A stretch of 64,000 bases of DNA. Origin: Octopus sinensis (Eukaryota). Where the stretch lies: the NCBI RefSeq assembly GCF_006345805.1, contig NC_043010.1:18290001-18354000 (forward strand), in the 5' to 3' direction. Below the pieces are notes generated by a model. The model ran no database searches and was not told the origin of the DNA. It saw only the letters and a list, made by a program, of their open reading frames with translations. Positions 52,496 through 64,000 of the stretch are shown one piece after another. Within the stretch, counting starts at the first letter, position 1, and each line of letters opens with the position of its first letter. The translations under genes and the position numbers were made by a program.

Positions 52496-53028
52496 CAATA
52501 TGTTACATTACTCGGTAGTCAAGATAAAACTCTGAGTTTCAGATGCCGAAGTGGAAATCCACAACACCATCTCTTCGGTTATCTGGCTATTTGAAAACGT
52601 TATGAAAAAAACCGTTAAAAATGAAGGGAAATTACTCTGTTTAACTCTGCTTTGCCTGCGTACTTATACATCGCTCGCATTTTTCGTCATAAAAATTATA
52701 TAAAAATACATAAAATATATAAAAATATATAAAATCTTCTTGGGACAAAACGGATAGAACATGCTTTCTGTGTTATGTCCCAAGAAGATTTTATATTTTT
52801 ATATATTTTTATGTATTTTTATATAATTTTTATGACGAAAAATGCGAGCGATGTATAAGTACGCAGGCAAAGCAGAGTTATAACAGAGTAATTTCCCTTC
52901 ATTTTTAACGGTATTTTTTCATAACGTTTTCAAATAGCCAGATAACCGAAGAGATGGTGTTGTGGATTTCCACTTCGGCATCTGAAACTCAGAGTTTTAT
53001 CTTGACTACCGAGTAATGTAACATATTG
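52496..53028. mobile_element. Foldback/MITE-like element with ~252-bp near-perfect arms
   Basis: Arms 52496-52747 and 52776-53028, 28-nt spacer, TA-like flanks. Confidence 0.8.
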
Positions 53029-53098
53029 TATAGATAAATTTCCTCTATTTACATAATATTGAGGTCTCTTTCTTTCTTTTGTTATCTTACCGTTTTAT

Positions 53099-53173
<75 letters not shown>

Positions 53174-53269
53174 GGGAGAATTCACAAAATAAAAAAAAAC
53201 AAAAGACGAAGACAGATGGTGTAGAAAACAAACAGATGTATTAGTTTAACGCTCGGGAATTGAAAAAGG

Positions 53270-53305
53270 CTTTAACGTTTCGAGCCCACGCTCTTCCAGA
53301 GAAAG
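53270..53305 (-). ncRNA. Decayed hammerhead motif, same family as 13941-13976
   Basis: CTTT-CTCTGGA-A-GAGC-GTGG-GCTC-GAAA-CGT-T-AAAG: stems kept, core mutated. Confidence 0.4.
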
Positions 53306-53604
53306 GAACACAGAAAGAAACAAGGGGAGAAAATAAAAAATGTGTGTAGTGGCTACCGATCTATATATTATATTATATATATATATATTTTAATATTATA
53401 AATATATATAGCATGTATATTATATATGCACGTATATATGTGATTGACAGTATATAAATATAATCCATATATAATGTATACATGTATCATACACATATGT
53501 ACTTATATATATATATATAATACATGCCATATATATTATATATATATAATATATATAGTATACATAAGCTATAAAGACTATATATGATATAAACTATGTA
53601 AGTA

Positions 53605-53657
<53 letters not shown>

Positions 53658-54619
53658 TATATATATTATAGCTTATATAAATGTTGTTTGATTAGTTGGT
53701 GGTTCTGCAGTCACACAGATAATAAAATGGAAACACAGAAGACAGTTAACGCAAGAGGAGGTGTAGAACGAGTGGTTTAGACATTCTGAAAAACTACACA
53801 TTTTTTAATGAAATTTTGCAGTAATATGTTTTCGATGGAATAAAGTGCGATTATGTTGATAAATTTGCAAAAATAACGCATTGATTTCGAATATACAAAT
53901 GAGAAATTTGAATTATTTAATTATGCTTTAATATGATAAATAGTTTTCTTTTGGAAATTAGTATTCGTTTCACCATTTTGTATAATAATTCAGAAATTGT
54001 AGAAAAATATAATTCTTAAAAGTATAATTATTGCATGACTATAGGCGCAGGAGTGGCTGTGAGGTAGGAAGTTTACTTCCAAACCACTTGGTTCCGGTTT
54101 CAATCCCCACTGAATCCTAAGAGGCCTACTTGGGCAAGTGTCTTCTACTATAGCCTAGGGTCGACTAAAGCCCTGTGAGTGGTAGACGGAAACTGAAAGA
54201 AGCCCATCGTATATATATATATATATATAATCAGCTGAAATTGCGAGGATAATCTGGTTCTTGACTGAAGATAAAAGGCTTCGAATGACCCGTCTGCGTT
54301 TTTTTGTATCGTCTATCTGGATGTTTTGTTGTCCCTTTTTGTATCACCTAGTTGTCCGGATGTTTTGCGTTCTTGTCCCATTTTGTATTTAATTATATTA
54401 TATATATATATATATATATAATATATATATATATACATACACACACACACACCACACACACACACACACCACACCACACACACACACACACACATATATT
54501 AATATATATATATATATAGTTAATCCAAACATGAAAACACAAAGAGAAAATACAACAACGCGAGGACGTGGAACAAATATAGTATTATTGGACGCTCAGG
54601 AAGGAAGGGAAGAAGGAGA

Positions 54620-54654
54620 GTTTTACGTTTCGAGCGGAGCTCTTCATCAGAAAC
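54620..54654 (-). ncRNA. Minimal type-I hammerhead ribozyme, canonical
   Basis: GTTT-CTGATGA-A-GAGC-TCC-GCTC-GAAA-CGT-A-AAAC: perfect stems I and II, ACGT palindrome, GUA triplet. Confidence 0.8.
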
Positions 54655-55224
54655 ATAGGAAAAGTAAAGATCCAGAAAAGGGTAGACGGAGGAAAAAAAA
54701 TTGCAAACGGTACACACGCGGTCACATTTGGGAGTGTACGCGCGTGTGTCTTTACATCTGTGTGTGTCTTTACATCTGTGTTTGTCCCCCATCACCGCTT
54801 GACAACCGGTGTCGGTGTGTTTATATTCCAGAAACTTAGCAGTTCAGCAAAAACAAAAACGAACGATGGAAAAAGGACCGGGGTTTAAAAAAATAATCCT
54901 GAGATCGATTCAACGACAAAAAATTCTTCGAGGTGGTGTGCCCCAGCATGGCCGTAGTCTAATGACTGAAAAGAGAAACGATAAAAGATCTCTTTCCAAA
55001 AATACCAGTCATATGACCGGCAACATGCTAGTACTGTCTTTTACTTGTTTCAGTTAGTGAATTGTGGCCAAGCTGCAGCATCGCCTTGAAAAGTTCAGTC
55101 GAAGAGGTTGACATCAGGATTTATTTTTAAAGTTTGGTACTTATTCTATCGGGTCACTTTCACCGAACCGCTAAGTTACGGATATAAGAAACCAATTTTT
55201 TTTTTTACTACACTGTATTATCAC

Positions 55225-55266
55225 AACTGTCTGATGAATGATTTCGTGAAACTCTGAGTAACAGTT
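55225..55266 (+). ncRNA. Type-I hammerhead ribozyme, canonical core
   Basis: AACTGT-CTGATGA-ATG-ATTT-CGT-GAAA-CTC-T-GAGT-A-ACAGTT: 6-bp stem I, 3-bp stem II, quasi-palindromic helix III; predicted cleavage after A55260. Confidence 0.8.
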
Positions 55267-55399
55267 TGTGAAGCTTTTTTCGTCTAATATAAAATAGTAT
55301 AAGCCCCAACATAATCCGTGGAGGTAATCCAGAGCTAAAGAAATCCAAGAATTTGGCACTTCAAAGTATATATATGCATTATATATATATAATGCATAT

Positions 55400-55409
55400 A
55401 ATGATAATA

Positions 55410-55463
<54 letters not shown>

Positions 55464-55492
55464 TCGGATGGTATAATATATATAAGGCATAT

Positions 55493-55545
<53 letters not shown>

Positions 55546-55587
55546 GAAGAAGAAGAAGAAGAAGAAGAAGAGAAGAAGAAGAAGAGA
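55400..55587. repeat. (TAA)n tracts followed by (GAA)n
   Basis: Directly visible; abuts the 5' end of the LINE. Confidence 0.95.
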
Positions 55588-58500
55588 ACTGTCAGTGCTG
55601 GGTTGGTGAAGGGATTTGAGCACCCTTCACTTATAAAATGCCTTTATGGCCTGCGCAAAACGTAGCCTCTGACAATCAAGCCCGACTTCTTTGTCGAACT
55701 ACCACGAGAAGGGAGTAAAAAGGTAAGTGTCTGGTGCCTTCAAATAGCCAGTGCTCCGAGTAGGCTATGCTCGTTAGCCTTGGATGGAAAGCAGCCAAGG
55801 AGAAGGACCACTCTGATTTCAATACCATAGGAGCAAGGCCTCTGCCGCCTTGTCGGGCAATCTTGCTAGAGATGGTGCCCGATAAAAATACTGGTTGGTA
55901 GTAACCTAAAAACACACCTCATTTGTGAGTGAAAATGCCAAGCAAAGTAGCTAACGATAACGGTGTGAACGGGACTGGAACCACTGGTGAAGGTGCCGCA
56001 CCCAGTAGGTGTCCCACTGTGCAGCAGGATAGGCCCGGTCGTATTCCAGCCACTGCTAGCCATACTACAAGACATAAGTGGAATAAACAAGTAAACATGA
56101 TGGTTATGGAGTGTTACTACCGGAGCAACCCAGTCGATGCGAATGGTGTGTCTGTCAGAGAGTACAGAAAATGAATTCACAGAGAATGGAAGGCAATGGA
56201 TCTGTATGAAATTACTGAACAGAGATTATGTGACCAAGCAAGAGGAATATGAAAGAATGGATGGTTTACTGAATTGCAGCGAGAAGCTATTAAAAGAAGA
56301 ATATCAGGTGATGTCGAGTAAGAAGAGATGGACAATTGTTCGCACGAATTAGACTACCGTGGATCGCGAAAGAATCGAGATCAGTGACTATTTAAGCAAT
56401 GAAAACCAAATAATAATAAACAGGATTTTGGATCTATTAAATACAGAAGAGACAGAATTTATGTGCGTTTTTAAGAAGGCTGACCAATGGAGACTAAATC
56501 AAGAGACAAGTAAATGAATTGAGACACGTGGAAACAAAGAACATCACACAAACAAATGAACTCATCAGGGCTGCAAGTAGGATTGTGGCAGAAAGGACGG
56601 GATTGAGAAGTATTGAGAACAGAACATCGAAGGATAGAAGAGGAAATAAACAACCTTGGTGGAAAAGGAGAATATCAAAAGATATAAGCTACCTGAACAG
56701 TGTCAATACTTGTGAGGAAAAGAAAAGCAGAATTGAAGAATGATTGCAAATTTGAAAAAAATGAGGAAGGAGTAGGGTGTAAATACAAAAGGTCTGAATG
56801 TTGTAATTGAAGAACTGAAGCAGTGTATACTTGCCAAAAAAGCGAAGCTAACTAGGTTTGAACAATGGATTAAGCAATATCGGCAAAACCAATTGTTTAG
56901 AATCGACCAAAAAAGATTTTATCAAGAAATTGATGATGATATAGAATGTGAAAGATTAGTTCTTGATGTTGATGAAAGTTGACAGTTCTGGGGTAAGATA
57001 TGGAGTAAGTAAGAACATAACACTGCGGCCGAATGGCTCTGCAGCCTGAAGCAAACAGCTTCTTATCCCCAGTAAGAGGCTATCCACTTCACAGAAGACA
57101 GTATCAGAAATATGAGTAAAAAGATAAATTGGAAAGCAGCAGGACCCGATGGTGCACAGGGATTTTGGGTAAAAATGTTCAGTAGGTACCATCAATTGAT
57201 CGCAGAGCAATTTAATGCATTGATCGATGGAGAAGAAATCCCGGATTGGTTGACAGAAGGACGAACACTGTTGTGTCTGAAGAATGCATCCGAAGGAAAC
57301 GCTGCCGACAATTACAGGCCAATTTCCTGTCTCCCATTAATGTGGAAGTTACTGTCAGGAAGAACTGCAGAAGAACTACAAATTTCTTGATGAGAACGAT
57401 ATGTTACAGACAGAACAAAAAGGTTTTAGGAGGAGATGCAGAGGCACCAAAGACCAATTATTGATAGACAAAATAGTAATGCAAGATTATAAACGAAGGA
57501 GAGCAAATTTGGGAATGGCCTGGATTGACTATCGCGAAGCTTATGACAGGGTTCCACAATCGTGAATCATCGAATGCTTAGATTTGTTTGGAATTGCGAG
57601 GAATGTAACGTGTTTTTTGAGAAGTATGGTGGGTGGAAAACTGAGATGACATCCTACGGAAAAAGCTTGGGCACCCTGGGTATCAGAAGAGAGATTTTCT
57701 AAGGCTTATCTCTGTTGCTTTGTATTCTCTGCACGATCCCTGTGACCCTGGTACTTAGAAAAATGAACCTGAGATATCAGCTAAAGGGAAAATCTCAAAC
57801 AATCAATCACTTACTCTTCATGGATGATTTGAAGCTGTGTGGTAATGATGCGGCACATGTGAGCTCTTTGGTGAGCGCAGCCCACTGTTTTAGTGCTGAT
57901 ATTAGAATGAAATTCGAACTCAAGAAGTGTGGTATAATGTACCTGAAAAGAGGGAAGGTCCGGTCCCTAGCAGGGATAGAATTACCTAATAGAGAACGGA
58001 TTAAAAAAATTGAAAATTGGCATACAAGAATTAACGATATCATGGAGAAGGAAATGAAAGAACAACTGAGGATGGAATATATCCAAAGACTAAGATTGGT
58101 GTTGTGCTCAAAATTGACTGGAAGGAATAAAATCCGGGCAGTTAATACGTGGGGGATAACATCACTTCGGTATAAAGCTAGAATCATAATAGGGCTAAAG
58201 AAAGAACTGATGAACATGGATACGAAGACAAGAAAAATATTGACAGTGCACGGAGCCCTCCCCTAAGAGTGACACCGTTAGGCTGTAGTTGTCCAGAAGA
58301 AAGGGTGAGAGAGGTTGGATCAGTTGCTAGGACTGTATCGAAGCGGAGGAAAAAAAGGCCGTGGAGCCACTGTCGAAACACACGAAGAATGCCAGCGTCA
58401 TTAAAACTGAAAATTGTGTAACTAAAGGAAAATTTAAACAACAAATAAACCAAGAAGAAAGAAAAAACTAAAGCATGGAAGGAAAAGAAAATGTACGGTC

Positions 58501-58630
58501 AGTTTGCAAGAGAAGTGAACACCAAGACAGATATAGAAGACCGGTGGCTATGGATGAGGGGAAGTGACCTGAAGATAGAGTCAGAAGCACTCATATGCGC
58601 AACTCAGGAACAAGCGTTAAAGACTAACAT
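55588..58630 (+). mobile_element. R4/Dong-clade non-LTR retrotransposon, 5'-intact, 3'-truncated, pseudogenised
   Basis: ATG at 55935; [99 protein letters not shown]. The zinc knuckle and RLE are missing. Confidence 0.88.
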
Positions 58631-58992
58631 TACTTATGTCCCAAGGATGGTCATGCACTAAATATTTTTGCCCAAAGCTACCGAGAAAATGGACCTAAAT
58701 GGACACAGTTTTTGTATGTAGGGTCTTCCATACCTTTTTAATCTTTTTATAAAAGTAAAGTATTTTGTCTATTTATATATTTCGATTGTCCACCTGTGAC
58801 GGTGATTAAATTGACTAGGAACACTTATCGCGATGATTATCCAATACCAAACAATCTTAATCTCCATATTTAAACTGAATTAAACTTTGGCAAGCTTACT
58901 TTTACCTATTCTGAGTTACTTGATGCATACATACATACTTACATACATATACGTAAATGTACATCTGCTTGTATACATTCATATATATGTAA

Positions 58993-59039
<47 letters not shown>

Positions 59040-59727
59040 ATACATATATATGTGTGTGGTATATATATATATATATGTAATATATAAATAATATATAAAT
59101 ATATGCATATATACATACATATATTACATACCTACATATATATGTATATATACATGCATATATGGGTATAGGACATAAAAAAAAAACGTTGAACATAATG
59201 AGAAACAAAAACATAGAAACGAACTTTTTTTCAAGCAACGAAAAAAAACAGAGAAACGAGACATACAATATAAAGAATATTCCCCTTCTTCAGTTGCCCC
59301 TGTTTCATCTACTCCGCGTTGCGAAGGTAAAGACAAGATGTGACTTCGTTGAAACAATTCTTCCCGCAAAGCAAATTAAATAAAATTTGCGATTTTTTGC
59401 AGATGGTGAAAGTGGTAACAAGAACAGCACAGGTTAAACCTTTAGCCTAAACAGCTATAAATACGGATAAAAGTCTTTCAAAGTCTTTCATGGGGAATCT
59501 ACTCGAGCTAGAAACAACCAGCCAAATTTTCTCCCGAATTATAAAACGAAAGACCACTATTTCAGAGCATCGAAATCAGTGATAAATACTCTACCTTTAT
59601 GATAGCATGTTGGCGTTAATATACGCGCGCGCCTAGAACTATCTTCACATTGCGTCATAGCATAAGTGCATTAAGGATGAGTCTTTGTAAAACAGATGCA
59701 ATCGATCTGCTAGGCTTCTATACTTTC

Positions 59728-60145
59728 TTATTTCTTTACTGCCCACAACGGGCTAAACATAGAGGGGACAAACAAGGACAGACAAAGGAACTAAGTCGAT
59801 TACATCGACCCCAGTTCGTAACTGGTACTTAATTTATCGACCCCGAAAGGATGAAAGGCAAAGTTGGCGTCGGCGGAATTTGAACTCAGAACGTAACGGC
59901 AGACGAAATACCTATTTCTTTACTACCCACAAGGGGCTAAACACAGAGGGGACAAACAAGGACAGACAAACGGATTCAGTCGATTATATCGACCCCAGTA
60001 CGTAACTGGTACTTATTTAATCGACCCCGAAAAGATGAAAGGCGAAGTCGACCTCGGCGGAATTTGAACTCAGAACGTAACGGCAGACGAAATACCGCTA
60101 AGCATTTCGCCCGGAGTGCCAACATTTCTGCCAGCTCGCCGCCTG
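59728..60145 (-). mobile_element. SINE family A, tandem dimer
   Basis: Two copies with the same internal junction as 14040-14432. Confidence 0.88.
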
Positions 60146-60914
60146 AGACTTTTACAGTTTCTTTCAACCCAATTTCACTCTCAAAGCTTGAGTCGGTGCG
60201 TAGCTAGCGCAAAAGACAGTTGCCTAAGGTGCATCGCAGTGTGAGCGAACCTGGGAACGCATGGTTGGGAAGTGAATTACTGCCACGCCTGCATTCATAA
60301 TATACTGATACATAATAACTGAAGCTCATCATATGTTATTTGGGCTCGTTTTATATGTAGTATATGTACACCACGGTACCACGGTATCAACAAGGCTATC
60401 GGATGTTGTCATACATCGCTAGTCACGATGCGCTATGACTCATTTTAGCTTTCGAATGACGTCACAGCTCCATTAAAAACAGAGGGTTAGTCCGTCGTAG
60501 GGTTATCCGTTTACAGCTGGATGGACTGGAGCAATGTAAAATGGAGTGTTTTACAACAGAACACCACGTACTGCCCGGCCCAGGAGTCGAACTCAAGATC
60601 TAGCGATCGTCAGTGCAATAGCCTAATCCCTACGCTACGTGCCTTCACGCTATATGTACATACACAGGTGGCAGAAAAAAACATGAGATCAAGCTGACAT
60701 GTTTCTAGGTGTTTGTTACACCTCCATCAGACAAAGATTACCCACGCCTTGTTCCCAGAGATATTAGCAGCCAGCAGTTATTTGTAGCGATAGAAATTAG
60801 ACGAGTCTGTTTACTTTGCGTTACAGCGCAAATCACATTTTTCTGCACACTTGTCGATAAATGCTACAGTGAAACCAGAGTGTTAGTCTTTAACGTAGGG
60901 TCAATATGTATGGT

Positions 60915-60949
<35 letters not shown>

Positions 60950-60952
60950 TAT

Positions 60953-60986
<34 letters not shown>

Positions 60987-61036
60987 ATATGTATATGTAT
61001 GGTTATATATATATATATATATAATATATATATATA

Positions 61037-61197
61037 CTTTATTAAAAAGCAGCAGAAATAAACAAAAGATGTCACTCAGAGTTCACGTTTCCGTTCGTCA
61101 GACAGTTTTGTTCTATATTAACAAAACTGTCCGACGAACGGGAACGTGAGATTCAGAGTAACAGCTTTTGTTATATTTCTGCTGCTTTTGAATAAAG
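61037..61197. mobile_element. Head-to-head hairpin of two diverged hammerhead-bearing units
   Basis: Arms 61037-61112 and 61120-61197. CTGACGA-ACG-GAAA-CGT-GAA on the minus strand; CCGACGA-ACG-GGAA-CGT-GAGA on the plus strand. Confidence 0.7.
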
Positions 61198-61273
61198 CAT
61201 ATTACTCTACCTCTGGTATTTGAGTACACTTTTTTCCACCTTGTTTCACATTTATGTGCTTACTCCAGTACAC

Positions 61274-61321
<48 letters not shown>

Positions 61322-61386
61322 GGTCCCGGGTTGAGTCGGGGTTAACCACAGTAAATAAGGTACTCAATACAAAGCAGAGTAAATTA

Positions 61387-61626
<240 letters not shown>

Positions 61627-61632
61627 TCATAT

Positions 61633-61977
61633 ATATATATATGCATATGTGGGCATGGGACGTCATGAAACGTATACAGCAAAAAAGTACGAAGCACGAG
61701 TGCATGGAACATGGACAATGCTACAAACAACAAAAGACACAAATGGAAAATAAACAAACATAAAGAACGACCCTTCATCAGTTGGTGGCTGTTTTTCTAG
61801 TCTCGTATTTCGAGCATAACAGCCAACAACTGATGAAGGGTCGTTCTTTATGTTTATTTTATTTTCCATTTGTGTCTTCCATTATTCGAAAGAATTGTCC
61901 ATGTTCCATGTACTCGTGCTTCGTACTTTTTGTTGTACACGTTTCATGACGTCCTGTGCCCACATATGCATATATAT
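61633..61977. mobile_element. Inverted pair of pLTR-like repeats
   Basis: Arms ~61633-61793 and 61818-61977, 24-nt spacer; related single copy at ~18172-18350. Confidence 0.75.
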
Positions 61978-62139
61978 GTACGTATAGATGTAAATATGCA
62001 CATATACGTATGTATATATGCATATATATATATATAATATATATATATATATTATATATATAATATATATATATATTATTATCATTATTTATATTATTAT
62101 ATAGTGAACGCCACGCATCCTCTTCCAAGTAAGTTTTAA

Positions 62140-62198
<59 letters not shown>

Positions 62199-62417
62199 AG
62201 TCCACTCAGCTGGCAAAAATGAGTTGTACCTGTATTTCAAAGGACCAGCCTTATCACGCTTTGTGTCACGCTGAATCTCCCGGAGAACTACGTTAAGGAT
62301 ACATATATCAGTGGAGTGCTCTACCACTTGCACGTTAATTTCGCTCGCAAGGTGTTCCGTTGATCGTATCAGCTGGGACCCTCGTCGTCGTAACCGATGG
62401 AGTGCTCCTATATATAT

Positions 62418-62476
<59 letters not shown>

Positions 62477-62532
62477 CATAATATAAGGATTAAATCAATT
62501 ACCATATAGGTAAAATTATATAGATTAATTAT

Positions 62533-62860
62533 AATTAAGGGTGCTGAGAAACAGCACCTAGATGCTAGAGATAGACATCAGATTACTCTAAAAACCACTT
62601 CAAATTACATTCCATTAGCACAAGACTGGAGGCGAGGAAATGAATAAAAGAGATTTAATAAAAATATTCTTTCAGGTTATTTCTAGGTCGTCCGATTTCT
62701 GGTTTAGTAATATAATTACTTTACCATCACCAGTAGAATACACCAATAGTACATAAATGTAAATATATAGTCATGCTCATGGAATGTAATTTGAAGTGGT
62801 TTCTAGAGTCATTTGACGTCTATCTCTAGCATATAGGTGCTGTTTTCAGTGCCCTTGATT
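62533..62860. mobile_element. Old MITE with ~90-bp imperfect TIRs
   Basis: AT(T/C)AAGGG..CTGA.AAACAGCACCTA.ATGCTAGAGATAGAC at both ends in inverted orientation; TA-rich flanks. Confidence 0.7.
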
Positions 62861-63147
62861 ATATATATATACTTTTATCTTTTACTTGTTTCAGTCATTT
62901 TACTGCGGCCATGCTGATGCCCCGCTGAATGAACGGTTGTCAAGCAGTGGTGGGGAACAAATACAGACACACAGACACATGCATAAACGCATATTCATTT
63001 GTATATATATACCACGGGCTTCTTTCACTTTCCGTATACTAAATCCACTCACGCGGCTTTGGTCGGCCTGGGAATATAGAATAAGATACTTTCCCAAATT
63101 CTTATGAACTTTGAACCATGTGGTTGGGAAGCAAACTTCTTACCAGA

Positions 63148-63227
<80 letters not shown>

Positions 63228-63270
63228 ATCTATCTATCTATTTATCTGTCTGTCTGTCTGTCTGTCTATC

Positions 63271-63310
<40 letters not shown>

Positions 63311-63685
63311 TAGGTAGATAGAAAGATAGATAGATAGATAGATACAGAGCTGTGTAATTAATGAAGAAACCGGGTTCACGTGCAAAAAAAAAACGTATTT
63401 CGTATTTCATGTTGTTTACTTTTGTGACGTCCCTTCGAAACACGCATTGAGCCGAAACAGGGGCAGCTGAAGAAGGGGAATGTTCTTTGTGTTGGTTGTC
63501 TTGTACTCTGTTTTTTCGTTGTTAAAAAAAGTCCGTTTCCTTGTTTGGTTTTATGTTTTTGTTTCTCGTTGTGTTCTACGTTTATTTGTGGTGTCCTGTA
63601 CCCATATATGCATGTATATATACATATAGATGTAGGCATGTATATATATGTATGTATGCATATGTTTTATTTATTATATTGTTAT

Positions 63686-63724
<39 letters not shown>

Positions 63725-64000
63725 ATGTATATATGTATATATATATATGTATATATATATATTTATTTATATATATGCATATACATATATGTACATATAT
63801 GTATGTATATACGCATATATATATGCATATATATATGTATTTGTATATATATATATGTATATATATGTATATATACATATAGATATATGCACACACATAC
63901 ATACATACATACATACATACATACATACATACATACATACATACATACATTCATGAAAACAATGCCAGTCATATGGCGAAACCCGGCCAACGGCATATCA

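Overview
AT-rich, repeat-saturated animal genomic DNA with no prokaryotic features. The SINE families and microsatellite load suggest an Octopus-like coleoid cephalopod (inference, not checked). One host gene is supported: a minus-strand orthologue of the five-finger C2H2 transcription factor Glass. I join coding exon 28501-28296 to 26780-25571 through a phase-matched GT-AG intron, giving about 471 aa; an upstream exon is still missing. The rest is transposon debris: mariner DD34D, maT DD37D and Tc1 DD34E remnants, two Merlin-like MITEs with 8-bp TSDs, two R4/Dong-like LINE remnants, a Penelope (RT + GIY-YIG) remnant, CR1/L2 fragments, three tRNA-SINE families and many microsatellites. Most entries in the ORF track are microsatellite artefacts. 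The strongest unexplained signal is a population of about 20 minimal type-I hammerhead ribozyme (HHR) motifs, intact to decayed, in several unrelated short non-coding repeat families. They occur as solo copies, head-to-head hairpins, a ~545-bp tandem array, and a tRNA-headed SINE in the glass intron whose sense-strand copy has lost its catalytic core. All alignments and RNA folds were done by eye; boundaries are approximate unless TSDs or splice sites are quoted.
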